The position numbers were made by a program, and so were the translations under genes. Below the pieces are notes generated by a model that was not told the origin of the DNA, did not search any database, and worked only from the letters and a program-made list of their open reading frames with translations. A stretch of DNA of 63,477 bases, the filler included, from Octopus bimaculoides (lineage: Eukaryota): assembly GCF_001194135.2 (NCBI RefSeq). It is 3 parts of 3 records of this genome, joined end to end, with 100 filler letters (N's around TTAATTAATTAA, not from the genome) between each part and the next. Parts side by side here need not be neighbours in the genome. Positions count along the whole stretch, not along the records: positions 1 to 19,945 come from NC_068985.1; 2 more parts are not named here. One strand, 5' to 3'. Positions within the stretch are counted from its first letter, which is position 1, and every line of letters starts with the position of its first letter. Of the stretch, positions 1 through 14,735 are shown one piece after another.

Positions 1-206
1 GTGTGTGTGTGTGTGTGTGTGTACTTCGATATGGGAAAAATTTACAAGCTTTTACGCCAATAAACGCTAGTGTTCCTAAAAGTTTTTTTATACCTTCTAC
101 GGACTACTCGAAGTTCACTAACTTCCAGCATCTGGATCCTTGGATCTTACATTTATACACACACACACACACACGCACACACACACACACACACATACAC
201 ACACAC

Positions 207-242
<36 letters not shown>

Positions 243-1356
243 TATACATACATATGCACACAGAAATTAGACGGGCGGTTTAAGGCAGCAGGTAATATAA
301 CGGAATTAGAGGAACCCAGCAAAACATCAAGTATGTATATATGTGTGTGTCTATATATGTATTTAAGTATGTATATATAGATGTATAAGTGTGTGTACAT
401 GTAGGTGTACATGTAAGTGTGTATATGCTAGGATTTATGTGTTTATATATATATATATATATATATATNNNNNNNNNNNNNNNNNNNNNNNNNNNNNNNN
501 NNNNNNNNNNNNNNNNNNNNNNNNNNNNNNNNNNNNNNNNNNNNNNNNNNNNNNNNNNNNNNNNNNNNNNNNNNNNNNNNNNNNNNNNNNNNNNNNNNNN
601 NNNNNNNNNNNNNNNNNNNNNNNNNNNNNNNNNNNNNNNNNNNNNNNNNNNNNNNNNNNNNNNNNNNNNNNNNNNNNNNNNNNNNNNNNNNNNNNNNNNN
701 NNNNNNNNNNNNNNNNNNNNNNNNNNNNNNNNNNNNNNNNNNNNNNNNNNNNNNNNNNNNNNNNNNNNNNNNNNNNNNNNNNNNNNNNNNNNNNNNNNNN
801 NNNNNNNNNNNNNNNNNNNNNNNNNNNNNNNNNNNNNNNNNNNNNNNNNNNNNNNNNNNNNNNNNNNNNNNNNNNNNNNNNNNNNNNNNNNNNNNNNNNN
901 NNNNNNNNNNNNNNNNNNNNNNNNNNNNNNNNNNNNNNNNNNNNNNNNNNNNNNNNNNNNNNNNNNNNNNNNNNNNNNNNNNNNNNNNNNNNNNNNNNNN
1001 NNNNNNNNNNNNNNNNNNNNNNNNNNNNNNNNNNNNNNNNNNNNNNNNNNNNNNNNNNNNNNNNNNNNNNNNNNNNNNNNNNNNNNNNNNNNNNNNNNNN
1101 NNNNNNNNNNNNNNNNNNNNNNNNNNNNNNNNNNNNNNNNNNNNNNNNNNNNNNNNNNNNNNNNNNNNNNNNNNNNNNNNNNNNNNNNNNNNNNNNNNNN
1201 NNNNNNNNNNNNNNNNNNNNNNNNNNNNNNNNNNNNNNNNNNNNNNNNNNNNNNNNNNNNNNNNNNNNNNNNNNNNNNNNNNNNNNNNNNNNNNNNNNNN
1301 NNNNNNNNNNNNNNNNNNNNNNNNNNNNNNNNNNNNNNNNNNNNNNNNNNNNNNNN

Positions 1357-1387
<31 letters not shown>

Positions 1388-1447
1388 GCGTGTGTTTGTA
1401 TCTATATGTATATACATATATACACACATACACATATATGCGTATGG

Positions 1448-1504
<57 letters not shown>

Positions 1505-2025
1505 AAAGAAGGAGAGAGCTAGGAGAAAACATTAGGAAAACATTAGGAAACCATTAGTATAGAAATAGTAACAAATACGAAAAGCAAAATAAATAAAAAT
1601 TAGAAAAATTTCCATGAAATTATAGACACAGCGGTGTATAGGAAGACATTGGATACCATCCTGGCAAATAAAAATAAAATGGAATAAAATAAAAGTACCA
1701 AGAATAAGAATAACAACCATTATACAAAACTGAAGTGCGAACAAGGGTTTCTCGCCATAGTCGATCCACCGAATAGAAATGGCAGCCAAATCACGCTCAG
1801 ATCACGCTATTGCTTTTGAATGGTAGAAATACACATTGGATAAGGCAGTTTTTAGATATAGGCACAGGTATGGCTGTGTAGCGAAGAAGCTGGCTTTGCA
1901 ACCGCGTAGTTTCGGGTTCATGGGTAAGTATTTTCTGCTAAAGCACCAGGCTAATCAATGCCTTTTGAACTTGTGAACGAATTTGGTAGACGAAAATTCT
2001 GTGGAACCTTGTCCTATATATATAT

Positions 2026-3920
2026 CATCATCATCATCATCATCATCGTTTAACGTCCGCTTTCCATGCTAGCATGGGTTGGACGATTTGACTGAGGATT
2101 GGTGAACCAGATAGCTACACCAGGCTCCAATCTGATTTGGCAGAGTTTCTGCAGCTAGATGCCCTTCCTGACGCCAACCACTCCGTGAGTGTAGTGAGTG
2201 CTTTTACGTGCCACCGGCACGAAGGCCAGTCAGGCGGTACTGGCAACGGCCACGCTCAAAATGGTGTATTTTACGTGCCACCTGCACAGGAGCCAGTTCA
2301 GCGGCACTGGCAACGATCTTGCTCGAATGTCTTTANNNNNNNNNNNNNNNNNNNNNNNNNNNNNNNNNNNNNNNNNNNNNNNNNNNNNNNNNNNNNNNNN
2401 NNNNNNNNNNNNNNNNNNNNNNNNNNNNNNNNNNNNNNNNNNNNNNNNNNNNNNNNNNNNNNNNNNNNNNNNNNNNNNNNNNNNNNGTTTCACTGCTATG
2501 AAGCATGGCTGTTCGTACACATGCGTCATACAGTCTGCCTTTTACTCTGAGTGAGAGGCCCCTTGTCACCAGCAGAGGTAAGAGCTCTCTGAACTTTGCC
2601 CAGGCTATTCTTATTCTAGCACCTCCCCCACTACTAACTTGGTCACCTAGATAGCGGAAGCTATCAACTAAGTCTAGTTTTTCTCCCTGGAATGTGGCCA
2701 AAGTTGTTTTCTGCACATTTTCAGTGTTTATTGCTCCTGAACATCTGCCACATACAAAAATTAACTTCCTAGTTAACCTTCTTTTGATATTGTTGCACCT
2801 TTTATGTGTCCATAGCTTGCACTGGGTACATCTTATAGAGTTTCTACCTACGCCTTTTCTACAGATCTAGCAGGGCCATCTACCTGAAGAGGTTTGTGTT
2901 TTGTCTACCTTCCTACTTATTAGGACTTTGGTTTTAGCTAGGTTGACTCTAAGGCCCTTCGATTCTAGTCCTTGCTTCCACACCTGAAACTTCTCCTCTA
3001 GGTCTGATAGTGACTCAGCAAATAGTGCAAGGTCATCAGCATAGAGGAGCTCCCAAGGGCATCCTGTCTTGAATTCCTCTGTTATCGCCTGGAGGACTAT
3101 GATAAATAGGAGGGGACTGAGGACTGAACCTTGGTGGACTCCTACCTCTATCCGGAATTCTTCACTGTACTCGTTGCCAACCCTCACCTTGCTGACAGCC
3201 TCTCTGTACATGGCTCGCACAGCTCTCACTAACCATTCTTCTATCCCTAGTTTCCTCATTGACCACCAGATTAAGGTGGACCCTGTCAAAGGCTTTCTCC
3301 GTGTCAATGAAAGCCAGACACAGAGGTTTATCTTTGGCTAGGTATTTCTCCTGCAGCTGTCTTACCACAAATATAGCATCAGTGGTGCTTTTCCAAACTG
3401 CATCTTATCTAAACTGACTCTCTCCTTAATTAGTTGGGCTATGACCCTCTCCGTGACTTTCATTGCCTGATCCAACAATTATTTGTATCTGTAATTATTT
3501 GTATCTAAAGCGTCACTTTTACCTTTGCAGCAGTTGACTATAGTGCTGCTACACCAGTCATTGGGTATGACTTCTTCATGTATCACCTGATCGATTATAC
3601 AGATGACTAGACTCTAGCAGACACTGCCAGGTATTTTGAGCATTTCTGCGGTGATTCCTGATGGGCCGGGGGCTTTCCCTGTCTTCATACTCTTAATTTC
3701 TTTATCTACCATGGTACTGTCAACTCGAATCACTGGTCCCTCTGTTGGGTTGACATTCGGCAGACTCTCTTCCTCCCATTCATTCTCTTTATTGAGCAAC
3801 CTTTCGTAGTGGCGTCTCCAAACCTCTTTCTTTGCAGCCTCGTTTAGTGCAAGCGTACCATCATCCATGCGATCTCTCCCACGACATCACGATTCTCTCT
3901 CACACACTGTCTTGCAACAC
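2026..3920 (-). mobile_element. 5'-truncated RTE-like LINE; frameshifted reverse transcriptase, 3' UTR and (GAT)n tail
   Basis: RT motifs GVHQGSVLSPLLF, LLYADDL, FRYLG and KAPGPSG are split across frames. The 3' end ggaaagcggacgttaaacgatgatg is shared with other copies in the window. Confidence 0.9.
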
Positions 3921-4924
3921 NNNNNNNNNNNNNNNNNNNNNNNNNNNNNNNNNNNNNNNNNNNNNNNNNNNNNNNNNNNNNNNNNNNNNNNNNNNNNNNN
4001 NNNNNNNNNNNNNNNNNNNNNNNNNNNNNNNNNNNNNNNNNNNNNNNNNNNNNNNNNNNNNNNNNNNNNNNNNNNNNNNNNNNNNNNNNNNNNNNNNNNN
4101 NNNNNNNNNNNNNNNNNNNNNNNNNNNNNNNNNNNNNNNNNNNNNNNNNNNNNNNNNNNNNNNNNNNNNNNNNNNNNNNNNNNNNNNNNNNNNNNNNNNN
4201 NNNNNNNNNNNNNNNNNNNNNNNNNNNNNNNNNNNNNNNNNNNNNNNNNNNNNNNNNNNNNNNNNNNNNNNNNNNNNNNNNNNNNNNNNNNNNNNNNNNN
4301 NNNNNNNNNNNNNNNNNNNNNNNNNNNNNNNNNNNNNNNNNNNNNNNNNNNNNNNNNNNNNNNNNNNNNNNNNNNNNNNNNNNNNNNNNNNNNNNNNNNN
4401 NNNNNNNNNNNNNNNNNNNNNNNNNNNNNNNNNNNNNNNNNNNNNNNNNNNNNNNNNNNNNNNNNNNNNNNNNNNNNNNNNNNNNNNNNNNNNNNNNNNN
4501 NNNNNNNNNNNNNNNNNNNNNNNNNNNNNNNNNNNNNNNNNNNNNNNNNNNNNNNNNNNNNNNNNNNNNNNNNNNNNNNNNNNNNNNNNNNNNNNNNNNN
4601 NNNNNNNNNNNNNNNNNNNNNNNNNNNNNNNNNNNNNNNNNNNNNNNNNNNNNNNNNNNNNNNNNNNNNNNNNNNNNNNNNNNNNNNNNNNNNNNNNNNN
4701 NNNNNNNNNNNNNNNNNNNNNNNNNNNNNNNNNNNNNNNNCTCTTACATTTAGTCATAATAAAATTAGATATTTCCGAGGTGTAATCTGGGATCGAACGT
4801 AGAAGGCATTTATACATGTTGAAAACGAGGTGCAATTATGAAAGCGAGCCTGCAGTGAGTAAGCTGTTACTCATTTCAACTCGCTTTTATGTGTCCTTTG
4901 TGTCTCATTCGACACTTAGCTTAA

Positions 4925-4955
<31 letters not shown>

Positions 4956-5609
4956 GTCTCACGCACATGCATACGCACATACACAATGTATACACACAAC
5001 ACACACATATATATAATTACATTTTTATCTTCAAACACTATCAATTTGTTTGTAATTAGAGGCAGAATTATCAAGGGTGTTCACTGGTGTATGTCTGTGT
5101 ATGAACTAGGAGCGGCGGTGTAAATTGTAGTGGTGTTAGTGTTGGTGATGATGTTGATGATAGTGTTGACGTTGTTGTTGAAAGTTATGGTAGTAACAGA
5201 AGTGGTGTCGGTTATGCTGACGTGTTGGTGTTGCTGCTAATAGTAGTCGTAGTGGTAGTAGTTCCAATATTACGCTGCCGATGATGTTGGTATCACTAGT
5301 GGTGTTGTTAGTCTGGCAGTTGTGATTTTATTGATGTACCTCATACTGTGGTAGCAATGGAGAAGTTTTGATGGTGGTGTGGTAACTGCATGACGGTAGC
5401 TGTTGTGGTTGTTGTTGTTGTTATGTAGCTTCTAGTCAGTTCCGGCTGTGCAGAGCTTTCGCACAAAGCTTTTCCATAGAACATAGGCTTAACTCACGAA
5501 ACCATCTTCCTAGATATACAATGACTACGCATGGTAGAGGACCATATTGCACAATCCGGCCATGTGATGTTGACCGAATGTTTGATTTTTATCATTCTCA
5601 GTACATGTT

Positions 5610-6200
5610 TTGGGAACATGGCAAGCTAACGGTTGTTCTGTTAACCATCTGATCCTGGCAGAAATTTTTCTCGTCTGAGAAAAACCAAAGCATGTTCAGT
5701 TGGAAGAGATGCTTCAGTCTTTTCAAAAGCTTCGTAGCGCGGTCTTGTCCTTGATTACTTGGGATAAAAATTGGCCCATTCTCATCTTGTATGAGGAATA
5801 CCGAATGTCTTCGTGCACTACCTGTCTGATAAGAAACTCAGACACTCCCATATCCCTGGCGATGGACCTAATTGACTTGGTAGGATCGTTGGCAATTATG
5901 GCATGGATCTCACCAACAAATTCAGGAGTTGTTTCCTCATCAGAACGATCAGAGTGATTTTTCCGAGCTGCAGTACCTTCGTAATCACCATTAAACTCAT
6001 CCAACTCTTTCCGAATCCTCTGTACTATCCTCAGATTGACACCCAAATACTCTAAAATGTTTGTATTGGAGCTTCCGGTGTTAATGTCAACCAGTACATC
6101 ATGTTGTTTCCAAATTTCTGGCAGAGTGAATTGCGTCATAGTGCTGTTTTTCTCACAGACGGTGCCCAACTGGCCCTACTATACTGTGTTGTCGACAAAA
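5610..6200 (-). mobile_element. Tc1/mariner-superfamily transposase remnant (HTH region to first catalytic D)
   Basis: HTH-like SIRSIARDMGVS, followed after a frameshift by WFFSDEKNF. Confidence 0.75.
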
Positions 6201-6368
6201 TCCAAAACAAACAACGTGCATTAAATATCGATAAAATGGCCACAATTTTGCCATCGCACCCTGTATATATGTGTATGTGTGTGAGCGCGCGCGCCCGTGT
6301 ATAGACAGAGATACATATATAGAGATGGATATAGATATATATATATATTTATATATATATATATACAT

Positions 6369-6402
<34 letters not shown>

Positions 6403-7323
6403 ATATACACAAGCACGCACACATGCGCATGTGCGCACACACACATATATACACATTGTTAAAGTTATGTACAAATGAAAACACATTAGATTTATGATGT
6501 ATGTGTGAATGTGTGTGTATGTATGTATGCATGTATGTATGTATGCGTGTGCACGTGTGTATGTACGCGTGTGCGCATGTGTATGTACGTATGTATGTCT
6601 AGATGTATATATTGAATCCAACAAACACTGGATCCATGACAATGGCCCGTAAGGCATTGTCAAGTTGGAGAAATGCAATAGATAATTTACCAGGGAGCTG
6701 AATATTAATTGCGTCAAAGATGGAAGAACAATATAATACCGCTGACAAATCTACAATATATTATCATAATATATTGAACAATGACTTGCTTATACAATTC
6801 ATTAAAAGAAATTTTTTCAAATCTCTGTACCTCATAACAATTTTATTGAGGCAGTTGGCTGATCTCATTAGGTTGTTTATTATAAATGTTTCGAAAATAT
6901 AGAGGTTGCTATTTTTGAACCGTTAATGTATGGTCTATTCTAAAGTTTTTGATGGCGTTGTCTTTCAACTTCCACATATAATTCGAAAGGATTGCGGCAT
7001 GTTTTTCTCATTTCGAATGGATTAATATTGAGGTGAGGTATTGCAATAATACCATTCTGCTAAACCTTTTGTTAACATCACAGCAGTATCGATAGTGACG
7101 CTATTGAAGAACTGTTATTTGAATACTATTGTTCGTTCAAGTTTAATCTGACAATTGATTTCGCCGGGATGAACCTTCAATTTATTGACGCATTTCTCAG
7201 CGAATTTCAATAGGATCGCACCGTAGGCATGTGTTGCAGCAATTCAATTAACAACAATGTGCATTCATATGTGTGGATATACATGTATACACATCTGTCT
7301 GTCTGTCTATCTATCTATCTATA

Positions 7324-7384
<61 letters not shown>

Positions 7385-7910
7385 GTCTGCCTGNNNNNNN
7401 NNNNNNNNNNNNNNNNNNNNNNNNNNNNNNNNNNNNNNNNNNNNNNNNNNNNNNNNNNNNNNNNNNNNNNNNNNNNNNNNNNNNNNNNNNNNNNNNNNNN
7501 NNNNNNNNNNNNNNNNNNNNNNNNNNNNNNNNNNNNNNNNNNNNNNNNNNNNNNNNNNNNNNNNNNNNNNNNNNNNNNNNNNNNNNNNNNNNNNNNNNNN
7601 NNNNNNNNNNNNNNNNNNNNNNNNNNNNNNNNNNNNNNNNNNNNNNNNNNNNNNNNNNNNNNNNNNNNNNNNNNNNNNNNNNNNNNNNNNNNNNNNNNNN
7701 NNNNNNNNNNNNNNNNNNNNNNNNNNNNNNNNNNNNNNNNNNNNNNNNNNNNNNNNNNNNNNNNNNNNNNNNNNNNNNNNNNNTATAATGAAAGATAGAA
7801 GATGGAATGTACGAGAGTTTATTATTAATCACAATCGTTTCGACACATCTAGCATCATATACAAACACAAACAACTATGCATACCCACGAGCCTTTTCGT
7901 GCACACATAT

Positions 7911-7941
<31 letters not shown>

Positions 7942-8086
7942 ACTGTCTTTCTGCTTGTCTATCTATCTATCATGTATGTATGTATCTGTTTGTCTGTCTG
8001 TCTATCTATCTATCATCTATGTATGTATGTATCTATCTATCTATTTATATGTCTGTTTCTCTCTGTCTCTCTCTCCAACTCTCTGT

Positions 8087-8131
<45 letters not shown>

Positions 8132-8257
8132 TCTCGCTCTCCATCTCTCTCTCTCCATCTCTCTCTTCCTCTCTCCCACATAACTACATAATTTCACACA
8201 AATGTGGCCACATTTGTGTAATATATATATATTACACAAATGCGGAAACATTTGGCA

Positions 8258-8307
<50 letters not shown>

Positions 8308-9243
8308 NNNNNNNNNNNNNNNNNNNNNNNNNNNNNNNNNNNNNNNNNNNNNNNNNNNNNNNNNNNNNNNNNNNNNNNNNNNNNNNNNNNNNNNNNNNNN
8401 NNNNNNNNNNNNNNNNNNNNNNNNNNNNNNNNNNNNNNNNNNNNNNNNNNNNNNNNNNNNNNNNNNNNNNNNNNNNNNNNNNNNNNNNNNNNNNNNNNNN
8501 NNNNNNNNNNNNNNNNNNNNNNNNNNNNNNNNNNNNNNNNNNNNNNNNNNNNNNNNNNNNNNNNNNNNNNNNNNNNNNNNNNNNNNNNNNNNNNNNNNNN
8601 NNNNNNNNNNNNNNNNNNNNNNNNNNNNNNNNNNNNNNNNNNNNNNNNNNNNNNNNNNNNNNNNNNNNNNNNNNNNNNNNNNNNNNNNNNNNNNNNNNNN
8701 NNNNNNNNNNNNNNNNNNNNNNNNNNNNNNNNNNNNNNNNNNNNNNNNNNNNNNNNNNNNNNNNNNNNNNNNNNNNNNNNNNNNNNNNNNNNNNNNNNNN
8801 NNNNNNNNNNNNNNNNNNNNNNNNNNNNNNNNNNNNNNNNNNNNNNNNNNNNNNNNNNNNNNNNNNNNNNNNNNNNNNNNNNNNNNNNNNNNNNNNNNNN
8901 NNNNNNNNNNNNNNNNNNNNNNNNNNNNNNNNNNNNNNNNNNNNNNNNNNNNNNNNNNNNNNNNNNNNNNNNNNNNNNNNNNNNNNNNNNNNNNNNNNNN
9001 NNNNNNNNNNNNNNNNNNNNNNNNNNNNNNNNNNNNNNNNNNNNNNNNNNNNNNNNNNNNNNNNNNNNNNNNNNNNNNNNNNNNNNNNNNNNNNNNNNNN
9101 NNNNNNNNNNNNNNNNNNNNNNNNNNNNNNNNNNNNNNNNNNNNNNNNNNNNNNNNNNNNNNNNNNNNAACAAACTGGAACCAAATACGACTAACTTTCT
9201 TCAAGACTGGAAACAATAGCAAGAACAGGAACTACAACACATC

Positions 9244-9275
<32 letters not shown>

Positions 9276-10337
9276 CGAGAACAACAACAAAAGCAACAAC
9301 AACAAAAACTACTACAACTTCAGAAGCAGTAGCAGCAACAGTAACAGCAGCAGCAGTAGCAGCTTAAGTGAAATGGTAGCAAAAACTATGATCAGTACCT
9401 TTTCTATTACTATTATTGTCAGGACACGATGACCGATTAAATCCTAATGAATCATCTAAAGAAGTATAATCAACCCTTCCCACCACACAGTCGAAACGCT
9501 CATGGTAGCATACAGCCTTTTATTCTCTCTCTTCCTCTCTCTCTCTCTCACTTCCTCTCTCTCTCTCTCTCACTTCCTCTCTCTCTCACTTCCTCTCTCT
9601 CTCTCACTTCCTCTCTCTCTCACTTCCTCTCTCTCTCTCTCTTCCTCTTCACTCTCTAACCCTCTGTCTTCCTCTCTCTCTCTCCCTCTCTTCCTCTTCT
9701 CTATGCCTCCTGTCTCTGGATATATTTGTATATACATATATGCATATTATATATGTGTGTGTGTGTGTGTGTATGTATATATACATACACAAACACAAAC
9801 ACACACACAAATATAAATATACATGTATAAGTGTGTGTATGTGTGAGTGTATACATATATATATATAAATCTGTAAATATACAACCATCCAGACATCTGA
9901 GTACCTGATTATTATTTTTTCTAATATATATATATATATACATAAGGAAAATAAGACAAGGTAGAAAATGCTAAAATAATTTTATCATGAAGAACATTTT
10001 AGTAGCGGTTTTCGTCTTTTCGAAAAAAATGCAAAAAAACAATTAAATTGTGGAAAAATTAAATGAAATACTTTTTGAAAATATTTCCATAGTTTTCAAA
10101 TGAGTAAAAAAGAGAGACAGAGACAGAGGGAAAAAAGGAAAATGTCCCTTGCATTTGAAAACTATAGAAATACTTTTAAAAAACATTTCATTAAATTTTT
10201 CCAAAATTTAATTGTTTTTCGTGCTTTACTCGAAGTTGAATGGAAAATCTCGGAGGATAGTGACATTTTTACCTTCAACGACTGGCTCAGGACGATGTTC
10301 ATACCATTAAGCATTATTATTATTATTATTATTATTA

Positions 10338-10386
<49 letters not shown>

Positions 10387-10642
10387 NNNNNNNNNNNNNN
10401 NNNNNNNNNNNNNNNNNNNNNNNNNNNNNNNNNNNNNNNNNNNNNNNNNNNNNNNNNNNNNNNNNNNNNNNNNNNNNNNNNNNNNNNNNNNNNNNNNNNN
10501 NNNNNNNNNNNNNNNNNNNNNNNNNNNNNNNNNNNNNNNNNNNNNNNNNNNNNNNNNNNNNNNNNNNNNNNNNNNNNNNNNNNNNNNNNNNNNNNNNNNN
10601 NNNNNNNNNNNNNNNNNNNNNNNNNNNNNNNNNNNNNNNNNN

Positions 10643-10731
<89 letters not shown>

Positions 10732-10733
<2 letters not shown>

Positions 10734-10970
10734 GGCAACGAGCTGACAGAATCGTTAACACACTGGGCAAAATGCTTAGCTGTAATTCATCCGTTTTACT
10801 TTCTGAGTTCAAATTCCACCGAGGTCGACTTTGCCTTCCGTCCTCTCGGAATCGATAAAATAAGTACCATTGAAATACTGGGGTCGATGTAATCGATTCA
10901 TGTCCTCCCCACAAAATTTCACGCTTTGTGCCTATAGTAGAAAGGATTATTATTTTTATTATTATTATTC
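10732..10970 (+). mobile_element. SINE family 1 (tRNA-like head, core gcctttcatcctttcggggtcgat, (ATT)n tail). Other copies, + strand: ~23229-23470, 36045-36446 (x2), 37211-37400, 37795-38285 (several), 58604-58745. Minus strand: ~15302-15556, 25455-25850 (x2), 33284-33495, 43275-43450.
   Basis: More than ten mutually similar copies read directly from the sequence, with a pol III B-box-like gagttcaaattcc. Confidence 0.85.
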
Positions 10971-12066
10971 ATTTTGTTCATCACGTACATGTATGTGTGT
11001 ATCCATCATCATTTTAATATAGAATTCAATTTTAGAAAAATTCAAGCATGTCTTTGACAATCCCGGAGCATACTGAATTTACTGATGCGTGACTTTTGGC
11101 TTACCCTGTATTTAAAGCTATTCAATTGTCAACACGCAAAAATAGTAGCAAAGTGGTTGGAGACTACAAACACCACGGGTTTCAAGTACGAAACCTCTCA
11201 TGTGGTTTTACATGCATTGGGAATATACATAGATATGCATATATACACGTTAGACGGTCCGTGTTCATCTAACTTATAAGAAACTAGAAGTCTTATTTAT
11301 CGACCCGTTGGTTGTCCACACTCAAATCATTCTCGTTACCAAAGTGGGTTGGTAAGGCTACCGATACCGTGCACCAGGCTATATTGAATTACACGTTGTC
11401 AGTAGTGCTCATTCTAAAGCTGATATATATATGGTATGCACATATGTATACATTCATACACACACGCTAGGTACGCACGCAAGGCACGCGAATCTCACAC
11501 ACACACACAACTTATGTTATATAGTTTCTTCAGAACATATCTTTGCATATAACAACGCCAAAGAATTTAGAGCAGTTGTCGAATACGGTTCCAGCTGGAG
11601 TGTCGACATCAACAATAAAGTTGATATTACTTGCAAGACGACCTCTTAAATCCTCTGGTTCAGAGATTCAGATGTTATTTTCTTCGGCACCTTTGTACCA
11701 TAACACCTAAAGTATTGTTTCTTCTTTAACTGTTTCATACTAAACAACATATCATGAAAACAGAGGTACACGAGAAGATAAATAAATGGCAACAATGGAC
11801 ATGAAATTCTTTTCAAAACACCCTGACTTTATGTTCTCTGTAGTCACTGTGTACGAAAATGCACCAACAGATTGGGCCAAATAAAATCAGCATAAATCTT
11901 CGAAAATTACTCAAGGTTGGTATCTTGTATCATATGCCTTCTACCAAGATCGAATTCATAGCAGAAAACCATATTGCTGCAAAACTGTTTAAACCTCAAC
12001 AAACCCTGTTCTATTCGACATCATTGCAAAGTAAATCAAGGAAGGAAAAGATAACGCGCGCGCACA

Positions 12067-12136
<70 letters not shown>

Positions 12137-12838
12137 ACACACAAGGATCTCGATCGGAATGTTTTCCTCCTATGAGTTTTCAGTAGTTGTTTGATCGACT
12201 GGTTTACGAAGTTCATTGAAGTATCGTCTTAAATGACTGAGTATTCCACAGATTTGTGTGCCTTGAAGTAGAATTAGTGTAACACAGTGTGACACAGCGT
12301 GACAGGGCTAGACCTTTCATTTACGTGTATGTAAAATCCACCCGAAGAGCTTCCACACAGTTTCTCATGTTCTAATTTTCACGAACAAGGTACGGGTGAG
12401 TTTGACAAAAAAAAAATATATACTTGCTCAGGATGCTCTACAACAGGTTCGAACCCCGAAAGTTGTGATTGGAGAAGCAAATTTCTTAAACATTCTACCA
12501 TTCTGCACTAATGGCATGGTGTTTCTAACAGAAGGTGATATGTTTCACGGCGTTCGTATGGAGGGAAATATATGGCGATGTATGATGAATCACATTCATT
12601 TCATGCAACATATTATATATGTGTGCATGTTAGTGTGTGTAAATGTATATATGTTTGTGTGTATGTATGTGTGTGTGTGTGTGTGCGTGAAAGTGAAAAA
12701 AATATACATATACTGGCGTATATATGAAAGTACACATATATAAATATATACATATACATATATATAGAGATAATACATTATTATAAAATATGGTAATTAA
12801 TCATATATTAATTAATATCGATTAATTACCAGGAGGCT

Positions 12839-12883
<45 letters not shown>

Positions 12884-14462
12884 TTGTATATTTATGCATA
12901 CATGTAAACATGTGGATGTATGTATATGTATGTATGTATGTATGTATGTATATATATACATACATACATATNNNNNNNNNNNNNNNNNNNNNNNNNNNNN
13001 NNNNNNNNNNNNNNNNNNNNNNNNNNNNNNNNNNNNNNNNNNNNNNNNNNNNNNNNNNNNNNNNNNNNNNNNNNNNNNNNNNNNNNNNNNNNNNNNNNNN
13101 NNNNNNNNNNNNNNNNNNNNNNNNNNNNNNNNNNNNNNNNNNNNNNNNNNNNNNNNNNNNNNNNNNNNNNNNNNNNNNNNNNNNNNNNNNNNNNNNNNNN
13201 NNNNNNNNNNNNNNNNNNNNNNNNNNNNNNNNNNNNNNNNNNNNNNNNNNNNNNNNNNNNNNNNNNNNNNNNNNNNNNNNNNNNNNNNNNNNNNNNNNNN
13301 NNNNNNNNNNNNNNNNNNNNNNNNNNNNNNNNNNNNNNNNNNNNNNNNNNNNNNNNNNNNNNNNNNNNNNNNNNNNNNNNNNNNNNNNNNNNNNNNNNNN
13401 NNNNNNNNNNNNNNNNNNNNNNNNNNNNNNNNNNNNNNNNNNNNNNNNNNNNNNNNNNNNNNNNNNNNNNNNNNNNNNNNNNNNNNNNNNNNNNNNNNNN
13501 NNNNNNNNNNNNNNNNNNNNNNNNNNNNNNNNNNNNNNNNNNNNNNNNNNNNNNNNNNNNNNNNNNNNNNNNNNNNNNNNNNNNNNNNNNNNNNNNNNNN
13601 NNNNNNNNNNNNNNNNNNNNNNNNNNNNNNNNNNNNNNNNNNNNNNNNNNNNNNNNNNNNNNNNNNNNNNNNNNNNNNNNNNNNNNNNNNNNNNNNNNNN
13701 NNNNNNNNNNNNNNNNNNNNNNNNNNNNNNNNNNNNNNNNNNNNNNNNNNNNNNNNNNNNNNNNNNNNNNNNNNNNNNNNNNNNNNNNNNNNNNNNNNNN
13801 NNNNNNNNNNNNNNNNNNNNNNNNNNNNNNNNNNNNNNNNNNNNNNNNNNNNNNNNNNNNNNNNNNNNNNNNNNNNNNNNNNNNNNNNNNNTATATATAT
13901 ATATATATGTGACTAGATGATGAGAGGCCCATGTAGGACACTACGTGATCGTTTAACCCGCAAGAAATAGCAGACAATTCTCCCTCAAATCAAATACTCC
14001 TACCGTTAAAATCATGCATACATTAGCCAACGTATTTCTTAGAACACAAAAAGATGTGATGGTCATAGCTAGAATGCCTTTGACCATAGTCCTGCTCCAC
14101 CTGTCTGTCCTGTGATTGATGAGCAATCCAAAGAACACTTAAACAATCGAAATGTAAACTAATTGTTTTATCAACGTAGAGAATTTCACTAAACTCTGAA
14201 AAAAGCAGCAAAACAGACTAGAACATACCTGCACCATAATGTGATAGAACTGCATAGAGGACTTGAGTGACACGAACCATTTCAAAAACGAAAACACAAA
14301 AAGAGGTTAGCTACGACAGAAAGGATCACGATCTACAAAACACAATCGCAGATAAATGCATCACATATCCATCTCAACTCAGTACATAGCACTTGACGGA
14401 GATGAAAGGAACAGAAACAGCTTAGATCAGAAGAGACGACTAATTGTAATGGATCTTGTAAA

Positions 14463-14735
14463 GTTGGTTGGCACTCCGTCGGTTACGACGACGAGGGTTC
14501 CAGTTGATCCGATCAACGGAACAGCCTGCTCGTGAAATTAACGTGCAAGTGGCTGAGCACTCCACAGACACATGTACCCTTCGCGTAGTTCTCGGAGGAG
14601 ATTCAGCGTGACACAGAGTGTGACAAGGCTGGCCCTTTGAAATACAGGTACAACAGAAACAGGAAGAAAGAATGAGAGAAAATTGTGGTGAAAGAGTACA
14701 GCAGGGTTCGCCACCACCCCCTGCTGGAGCTTCGT
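14463..14735 (+). mobile_element. SINE-like family 3 (similar copy at ~43497-43770; related tail at ~61385-61620)
   Basis: The shared block acagcctgctcgtgaaatta..gtggctgagcactccacagacac occurs at 14520 and 43550. Confidence 0.65.
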
